Shown here piece by piece: positions 54,301 to 64,000 of a stretch of 64,000 nucleotides of DNA. The stretch is from Eledone cirrhosa. Lineage: Eukaryota. The stretch covers positions 95,604,001-95,668,000 of the forward strand of contig OZ024740.1 of the NCBI GenBank assembly GCA_964016885.1, written 5' to 3'. Position 1 is the first letter of the stretch; every line of letters begins with the position of its first letter. The notes beneath the pieces were generated by a model. The model was given only the letters and a program-made list of their open reading frames with translations. It was not told the origin of the DNA and searched no databases. Made by a program: the position numbers and the translations under genes.

Positions 54301-57300
54301 GGAAACACACTTCCTCTATTCTCCAGAGAGCCAGACAGGAATATTGGACTAGTTTCGATGTTATTACATCTCATCAGCAATAATAACCCATCTTCCGGCT
54401 TCTCTAGAGAATTGTAAAAGCACATATCGTTATATGCTTTTTCTATGAAAATTAGTAGTGGGCAGACTAATTTGCATACAATGTGAGTCATTGTACGCAC
54501 CGGTTCAGCGGAAACTATAAAAACAAATAACGAAACGAAATTAAATTTCGTTTCGCTTCTAACTCACTTTTCTATGACTGACGCTTAAACAATTAAGTTA
54601 AAGTGTACATCTACATATGTATACGGAAGTACTAGTATGCATATAAATACACACATGTATACATATGTACATGTACTGAGTTTTTCGCTAGACACTTTAC
54701 AGTGAGTGTCCAGCTAGTCAGTATGTAACCAAACAGACGAACCGGGTTTTAGAGTCATACGAGTTTTCAAGGAAACATACTTCCTCTCTTCTCCAGAGAG
54801 CCAGACAGGAATATTGGACTTGTTTCGATGTTATTACATCTCATCAGCAATATATACCCATCTTCCGGCTTCTCTAGAGAATTGTAAAAGCTCATATCGT
54901 TATATGCTTTTTCTATGAAAATTAGTAGTGGGCAGACTAATTTGCATAGAACGTGAGTCATTGTACGCACCGGTTCAGCGGAAACGATAAAAACAAATAA
55001 CGAAACGAAATTAAATTTCGGTTCGCTACTAACTCACTTTTCTATGACTGACGCTTAAACAATTAAGTTAAAGTGTACATCTACATATGTATACGGAAGT
55101 AGTAGTATGCATATAAATACACACATGTATACATATGTACATGTTCTGAGTTTTTCACTAGACACTTTACAGTGAGTGTCCAGCTAGTCTGTATGTAACC
55201 AAACAGACGAACCGGGTTTTAGAGTCATACGAGTTATCAAGGAAACACACTTCCTCTATTCTCCAGAGAGCCAGACAGGAATATTGGACTAGTTTCGATG
55301 TTATTACATCTCATCAGCAATAATAACCCATCTTCCGGCTTCTCTAGAGAATTGTAAAAGCACATATCGTTATATGCTTTTTCTATGAAAATTAGTAGTG
55401 GGCAGACTAATTTGCATAGAACGTGAGTCATTGTACGCACCGGTTCAGCGGAAACGATAAAAACAAATAACGAAACGAAATTAAATTTCGGTTCGCTACT
55501 AACTCACTTTTCTATGACTGACGCTTAAACAATTAAGTTAAAGTGTACATCTACATATGTATACGGAAGTACTAGTATGCATATAAATACACACATGTAT
55601 ACATATGTACATGTACTGAGTTTTTCACTAGACACTTTACAGTGAGTGTCCAGCTAGTCTGTATGTAACCAAACAGACGAACCGGGTTTTAGAGTCATAC
55701 GAGTTTTCAAGGAAACAGACTTCCTCTATTCTCCAGAGAGCCAGACAGGAATATTGGACTAGTTTCGATGTTATTACATCTCATCAGCAATAATAACCCA
55801 TCTTCAGGCTTCTCTAGAGAATTGTAAAAGCACTTATCGTTATATGCTTTTTCTATGAAAATTAGTAGTGTGCAGACTAATTTGCATAGAACGTGAGTCA
55901 TTGTGCGCACTGGTTCAGCGGAAACGATAAAAACAAATAACGAAACGAAACTAAATTTCGTTTCGCTTCTAACTCACTTTTGTATGACTGACGCTTAAAC
56001 AATTAAGTTAAAGTGTACATCTACATATGTATACGGAAGTACTAGTATGCATATAAATACACACATGTATACATATGTACATGTACTGAGTTTTTCACTA
56101 GACACTTTACAGTGAGTGTCCAGCTAGTCTGTATGTAACCAAACAGACGAACCAGGTTTTAGAGTCATACAAGTTTTCAAGGAAACACACTTCCTCTATT
56201 CTCCAGAGAGCCAGGCAGGTATATTGGACTAGTTTCGATGTTATTACATCTCATCAACAATATAACCCATCTTCCGGCTTCTCTAGCGAATTGTAAAAGC
56301 ACATATCGTTATATGCTTTTTCTATGAAAATTAGTAGTGGGCAGACTAATTTGCATAGGACGTGAGTCATTGTACGCACCGGTTCAGCGGAAACGATAAA
56401 AACAAATAACGAAACGAAATTAAATTTCGTTTCGTTTCTAACTCACTTTTGTATGACTGACGCTAAAACAATTAAGTTAAAGTGTACATCTACATATGTA
56501 TACGGAAGTACTAGTATGCATATAAATACACACATGTATACATATGTACATGTACTGTGTTTTTCACTAGACACTTTACAGTGAGTGTCCAGCTAGTCTG
56601 TATGTAACCAAACAGACGAACCGGGTTTTAGAGTCATACGAGTTTTCAAGGAAACACACTTCCTCTATTCTCCAGAGAGCCAGACAGGAATATTGGACTA
56701 GTTTCGATGTTATTACATCTCATCAGCAATATAAACCCATCTTCCGGCTTCTCTAGAGAATTGTAAAAGCACATATCATTATATGCTTTTTCTATGAAAA
56801 TTAGTAGTGGGCAGACTAATTTTCATAGAACGTGAGTCATTGTACGCACCGGTTCAGCGGAAACGATAAAAACAAATAACGAAACGAAATTAAATTTCGT
56901 TTCGTTTCTTACTCACTTTTGTATGACTGACGCTTAAACAATTAAGTTAAAGTGTACATCTACATATGTATACGGAAGTATTAGTATGCATATAAATACA
57001 CACATGTATACATATGTACATGTACTGTGTTTTTCACTAGACACTTTACAGTGAGTGTCCAGCTAGTCTGTATGTAACCAAACAGACGAACCGGGTTTTA
57101 GAGTCATACGAGTTTTCAAGGAAACACACTTCCTCTATTCTCCAGAGAGCCAGACAGGTATATTGGACTAGTTTCGATGTTATTGCATCTCATCAGCAAT
57201 ATAACCCATCTTCCGGCTTCTCTAGAGAATTGTAAAAGCACATATCGTTATATGCTTTTTCTATGAAAATTAGTAGTGGGCAGACTAATTTGCATAGAAC

Positions 57301-60300
57301 GTGAGTCATTGTACGCACCGGTTCAGCGGAAACGATAAAAACAAATAACGAAACGAAATTAAATTTCATTTCGCTTCTAACTCACTTTTGTATGACTGAC
57401 GCTTAAACAATTAAGTTAAAGTGTACATCTACATATGTATACGGAAGTACTAGTATGCATATAAATACACCAATGTATACATATGTACATGTACTGTGTT
57501 TTTCACTAGACACTTTACAGTGAGTGTCCAGCTAGTCTGTATGTAACCAAACAGACGAACCGGGTTTTAGAGTCATACGAGTTTTCAAGGAAACACACTT
57601 CCTCTATTCTCCAGAGAGCCAGACAGGAATATTGGACTAGTTTCGATGTTATTACATCTCATCAGCAATATAAACCCATCTTCCGGCTTCTCTAGAGAAT
57701 TGTAAATGCACATATCGTTATATGCTTTTTCTATGAAAATTAGTAGTGGGCAGACTAATTTGCATAGAACGTGAGTCATTGTACGCACCGGTTCAGCGGA
57801 AACGATAAAAACAAATAACGAAACGAAATTAAATTTCGTTTCGCTTCTAACTCACTTTTGTATGACTGACGCTTAAACAATTAATTTAAAGTGTACATCT
57901 ACATATGTATACGGAAGTACTAGTATGCATATAAATACACACATGTATACATATGTACATGTACTGTGTTTTTCACTAGACACTTTACAGTGAGTGTCCA
58001 GCTAGTCTGTATGTAACCAAACAGACGAACCGGGTTTTAGAGTCATACGAGTTTTCAAGGAAACACACTTCCTCTATTCTCCAGAGAGCCAGACAGGTAT
58101 ATTGGACTAGTTTCGATGTTATTACATCTCATCAGCAATATAACCCATCTTCCGGCTTCTCTAGAGAATCGTAAAAGCACATATCGTTATATGCTTTTTC
58201 TATGAAAATTAGTAGTGGGCAGACTAATTTGCATAGAACGTGAGTCATTGTACGCACCGGTTCAGCGGAAACGATAAAAACAAATAACGAAACGAAATTA
58301 AATTTCGTTTCTTTTCTAACTCACTTTTGTATGACTGACGCTTAAACAATTAAGTTAAAGTGTACCTCTACATATGTATACGGAAGTACTAGTAGGCATA
58401 TAAATACACACATGTATACATATGTACATGTACTGATTTTTCCACTAGACACTTTACAGTGAGTGTCCAGATAGTCTGTATGTAACCAAACAGACGAACC
58501 GGGTTTTAGAGTCATACGAGTTTTCAAGGAAAAACACTTCCTCTATTCTCCAGAGAGACAGAGAGGAATATTGGACTAGTTTCGATGTTATTACATCTCA
58601 TCAGCAATATAACCCATCTTCCGGCTTCTCTAGAGAATTGTAAAAGCACATATCGTTATATGCTTTTTCTATGAAAATTAGTAGTGGGCAGACTAATTTG
58701 CATAGAACGTGAGTCATTGTACGCACCGGTTCAGCGGAAACGATAAAAACAAATAACGAAACGAAATTAAATTTCGTTTCGCTTCTAACTCACTTTTGTA
58801 TGACTGACGCTTAAAAAATTAAGTTAAAGTGTACATCTACATATGTATACGGAAGTACTAGTATGCATATAAATACACACATGTATACATATGTACATGT
58901 ACTGAGTTTTTCACTAGACACTTTACAGTGAGTGTCCCGCTAGTCTGTATGTAACCAAACAGACGAAGCGGGTTTTAGATTCTTACGAGTTTTCAAGGAA
59001 ACACACTTCCTCTATTCTCCATAGAGCCAGACAGGAATATTGGACTAGTTTCGATGTCATTACATCTCATCAGCAATATAAACCCATCTTCCGGCTTCTC
59101 TAGAGAATTGTAAAAGCACATATCGTTATATGCTTTTTCTATGAAAATTAGTAGTGGGCAGACTAATTTGCATAGAACGTGAGTCATTGTACGCACCGGT
59201 TCAGCGGAAACGATAAAAACAAATAACGAAACGAAATTAAATTTCGTTTCGCTTCTAACTCACTTTTGTATGACTGATGCTTAAACAATTAAGTTAAAGT
59301 GTACATCTACATATGTATACGGAAGTACTAGTATGCATATAAATACACACATGTATACATATGTACATGTACTGAGTTTTTCACTAGACACTTTACAGTA
59401 AGTGTCCATCTAGACTGTATGTAACCAAACAGACGAACCGGGTTTTAGAGTCATACGAGTTTTCAAGGAAACAGACTTCCTCTATTCTCCAGAGAGCCAG
59501 ACAGGAATATTGGACTAGTTTCGATGTTATTACATCTCATCAGCAATAATAACCCATCTTCCGGCTTCTCTAGAGAATTGTAAAAGCACATATCGTTATA
59601 TGCTTTTTCTATGAAAATTAGTAGTGGGCAGACTAATTTGCATAGAACGTGAGTCATTGTACGCACCGGTTCAGCGGAAACGATAAAAACAAATAACGAA
59701 ACGAAATTAAATTTCGTTTCGCTTCTAACTCACTTTTGTATGACTGATGCTTAAACAATTAAGTTAAAGTGTACATCTACATATGTATACGGAAGTACTA
59801 GTATGCATATAAATACACACATGTATACATATGTACATGTACTGAGTTTTTCACTAGACTCTTTACAGTGAGTGTCCAGCTAGTCTGTATGTAACCAAGC
59901 AGACGAACCGGGTTTTAGAGTCATACGAGTTTTCAATGAAAAACACTTCCTCTATTCTCCAGAGAGCCAGACATGAATATTGGACTAGTTTCGATGTTAT
60001 TACATTTAATCAGCAATATAAACCCATCTTCCGGCTTCTCTAGAGAATTGTAAAAGCACATATCGTTATATGCTTTTCCTATGAAAATTAGTAGTGGGCA
60101 GACTAATTTGCATAGAACGTGAGTCATTGTACGCACCGGTTCAGCGGAAACGATAAAAACAAATAACGAAACGAAATTAAATTTCTTTTCGCTTCTAACT
60201 CACTTTTGTATGACTGACGCTTAAACAATTAAGTTAATGTGTACATCTACATATGTATACGGAAGTACTAGTATGCATATAAATACACACATGTATACAT

Positions 60301-63300
60301 ATGTACATGTACTGTGTTTTTCACTAGACACTTTACAGTGAGTGTCCAGCTAGTCTGTATGTAACCAAACAGACGAACCGGGTTTTAGAGTCATACGAGT
60401 TTTCAAGGAAACACACTTCCTCTATTCTCCAGAGAGCCAGACAGGTATATTGGACTAGTTTCGATGTTATTACATCTCATCAGCAATATAACCCATCTTC
60501 CGGCTTCTCTAGAGAATCGTAAAAGCACATATCGTTATATGCTTTTTCTATGAAAATTAGTAGTGGGCAGACTAATTTGCATAGAACGTGAGTCATTGTA
60601 CGCACCGGTTCAGCGGAAACGATAAAAACAAATAACGAAACGAAATTAAATTTCGTTTCTTTTCTAACTCACTTTTGTATGACTGACGCTTAAACAATTA
60701 AGTTAAAGTGTACCTCTACATATGTATACGGAAGTACTAGTAGGCATATAAATACACACATGTATACATATGTACATGTACTGATTTTTCCACTAGACAC
60801 TTTACAGTGAGTGTCCAGATAGTCTGTATGTAACCAAACAGACGAACCGGGTTTTAGAGTCATACGAGTTTTCAAGGAAAAACACTTCCTCTATTCTCCA
60901 GAGAGACAGAGAGGAATATTGGACTAGTTTCGATGTTATTACATCTCATCAGCAATATAACCCATCTTCCGGCTTCTCTAGAGAATTGTAAAAGCACATA
61001 TCGTTATATGCTTTTTCTATGAAAATTAGTAGTGGGCAGACTAATTTGCATAGAACGTGAGTCATTGTACGCACCGGTTCAGCGGAAACGATAAAAACAA
61101 ATAACGAAACGAAATTAAATTTCGTTTCGCTTCTAACTCACTTTTGTATGACTGACGCTTAAAAAATTAAGTTAAAGTGTACATCTACATATGTATACGG
61201 AAGTACTAGTATGCATATAAATACACACATGTATACATATGTACATGTACTGAGTTTTTCACTAGACACTTTACAGTGAGTGTCCCGCTAGTCTGTATGT
61301 AACCAAACAGACGAAGCGGGTTTTAGATTCTTACGAGTTTTCAAGGAAACACACTTCCTCTATTCTCCATAGAGCCAGACAGGAATATTGGACTAGTTTC
61401 GATGTCATTACATCTCATCAGCAATATAAACCCATCTTCCGGCTTCTCTAGAGAATTGTAAAAGCACATATCGTTATATGCTTTTTCTATGAAAATTAGT
61501 AGTGGGCAGACTAATTTGCATAGAACGTGAGTCATTGTACGCACCGGTTCAGCGGAAACGATAAAAACAAATAACGAAACGAAATTAAATTTCGTTTCGC
61601 TTCTAACTCACTTTTGTATGACTGATGCTTAAACAATTAAGTTAAAGTGTACATCTACATATGTATACGGAAGTACTAGTATGCATATAAATACACACAT
61701 GTATACATATGTACATGTACTGAGTTTTTCACTAGACACTTTACAGTAAGTGTCCATCTAGACTGTATGTAACCAAACAGACGAACCGGGTTTTAGAGTC
61801 ATACGAGTTTTCAAGGAAACAGACTTCCTCTATTCTCCAGAGAGCCAGACAGGAATATTGGACTAGTTTCGATGTTATTACATCTCATCAGCAATAATAA
61901 CCCATCTTCCGGCTTCTCTAGAGAATTGTAAAAGCACATATCGTTATATGCTTTTCCTATGAAAATTAGTAGTGGGCAGACTAATTTGCATAGAACGTGA
62001 GTCATTGTACGCACCGGTTCAGCGGAAACGATAAAAACAAATAACGAAACGAAATTAAATTTCTTTTCGCTTCTAACTCACTTTTGTATGACTGACGCTT
62101 AAACAATTAAGTTAATGTGTACATCTACATATGTATACGGAAGTACTAGTATGCATATAAATACACACATGTATACATATGTACATGTACTGAGTTTTTC
62201 ACTAGACACTTTACAGTGAGTGTCCAGCTAGTCTGTATGTAACCAAACAGACGAACCGGGTTTTAGAGTCATACGAGTTTTCAAGGAAACAGACTTCCTC
62301 TATTCTCCAGAGAGCCAGACAGGAATATTGGACTAGTTTCGATGTTATTACATCTCATCATCAATAATAACCCATCTTCAGGCTTCTCTAGAGAATTGTA
62401 AAAGCACTTATCGTTATATGCTTTTTCTATGAAAATTAGTAGTGGGCAGACTAATTTGCATAGAACGTGAGTCATTGTGCGCACTGGTTCAGCGGAAACG
62501 ATAAAAACAAATAACGAAACGAAACTAAATTTCGTTTCGCTTCTAACTCACTTTTGTATGACTGACGCTTAAACAATTAAGTTAAAGTGTACATCTACAT
62601 ATGTATACGGAAGTACTAGTATGCATATAAATACACACATGTATACATATGTACATGTACTGAGTTTTTCACTAGACACTTTACAGTGAGTGTCCAGCTA
62701 GTCTGTATGTAACCAAACAGACGAACCGGGTTTTAGAGTCATACAAGTTTTCAAGGAAACACACTTCCTCTATTCTCCAGAGAGCCAGACAGGTATATTG
62801 GACTAGTTTCGATGTTATTACATCTCATCAGCAATATAACCCATCTTCCGGCTTCTCTAGCGAATTGTAAAAGCACATATCGTTATATGCTTTTTCTATG
62901 AAAATTAGTAGTGGGCAGACTAATTTGCATAGGACGTGAGTCATTGTACGCACCGGTTCAGCGGAAACGATAAAAACAAATAACGAAACGAAATTAAATT
63001 TCGTTTCGCTTCTAACTCACTTTTGTATGACTGACGCTTAAACAATTAAGTTAAAGTGTACATCTACATATGTATACGGAAGTACTAGTATGCATATAAA
63101 TACACACATGTATACATATGTACATGTACTGTGTTTTTCACTAGACACTTTACAGTGAGTGTCCAGCTAGTCTGTATGTAACCAAACAGACGAACCGGGT
63201 TTTAGAGTCATACGAGTTTTCAAGGAAACACACTTCCTCTATTCTCCAGAGAGCCAGACAGGTATATTGGACAAGTTTCGATGTTATTACATCTCATCAG

Positions 63301-63732
63301 CAATATAACCCATCTTCCGGCTTCTCTAGAGAATTGTAAAAGCACATATCGTTATATGCTTTTTCTATGAAAATTAGTAGTGGGCAGACTAATTTGCATA
63401 GAACGTGAGTCATTGTACGCACCGGTTCAGCGGAAACGATAAAAACAAATAACGAAACGAAATTAAATTTCGTTTCTTTTCTAACTCACTTTTGTATGAC
63501 TGACGCTTAAACAATTAAGTTAAAGTGTACCTCTACATATGTATACGGAAGTACTAGTAGGCATATAAATACACACATGTATACATATGTACATGTACTG
63601 AGTTTTTCACTAGACACTTTACAGTGAGTGTCCAGCTAGTCTGTATGTAACCAAACAGACGAACCGGGTTTTAGAGTCATACGAGTTTTCAAGGAAAAAC
63701 ACTTCCTCTATTCTCCAGAGAGCCAGACAGGA

Positions 63733-63775
63733 ATATTGGACTAGTTTCGATGTTATTACATCTCATCAGCAATAT
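63733..63775 (-). ncRNA. Type I hammerhead ribozyme core, last copy in the window
   Basis: ATATTGGACTAGTTTCGATGTTATTACATCTCATCAGCAATAT, identical to the first copy. Confidence 0.93.
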
Positions 63776-64000
63776 AACCCATCTTCCGGCTTCTCTAGAG
63801 AATTGTAAAAGCACATATCGTTATATGCTTTTTCTATGAAAATTAGTAGTGGGCAGACTAATTTGCATAGAACGTGAGTCATTGTACGCACCGGTTCAGC
63901 GGAAACGATAAAAACAAATAACGAAACGAAATTAAATTTCGTTTCGCTTCTAACTCACTTTTGTATGACTGATGCTTAAACAATTAAGTTAAAGTGTACA

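Larger units (their letters stand above)
16987..64000 (-). repeat. Tandem array of about 100 monomers of 469-471 bp, each with a hammerhead ribozyme motif (retrozyme-like satellite); continues beyond the window
   Basis: AAACAATTAAGTTAAAGTGTACATC recurs every ~470 bp from 16987. The first hammerhead is at 17211 and the last at 63733, which is 99 intervals. No interruption or inversion was seen. Confidence 0.98.

Noticed and set aside
17167-62484. Repeated 67-aa minus-strand ORF (MRTMTHVLCKL...) as a tandem gene family
   Set aside because: It starts at GTG, has no recognisable domain, and is frameshifted or stopped in roughly a third of monomers. It runs through the hammerhead, which explains the sequence better.

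Overview
AT-rich, microsatellite-dense eukaryotic DNA with no recognisable host gene. The SINE type suggests a mollusc or cephalopod, but that is inference. Bases 1-17,000 are nested transposon remnants: an internally deleted mariner, two tRNA-derived SINEs (one with an 18-bp TSD), an RTE-like LINE, a CRE-like RLE retrotransposon, a MITE-like element, and two separate head-to-head inverted Penelope-like elements (PLEs) sitting in (TA)n tracts. From about 16,987 to the window end is an uninterrupted array of about 100 monomers of about 470 bp. Main finding: every monomer carries a type I hammerhead ribozyme on the minus strand (AUAUUG-CUGAUGA-GAUGU-AAUA-ACAUC-GAAA-CUAG-UC/CAAUAU). It has a palindromic minimal helix III and a long helix I with G-U pairs, and most monomers also carry an octamer motif. 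The satellite therefore looks like an amplified retrozyme-type or satellite-2-type self-cleaving RNA element, joined to (TA)n directly beside a PLE that could represent its mobilising family. The repeated 67-aa ORF is judged spurious. All analysis was by eye; no activity has been tested.
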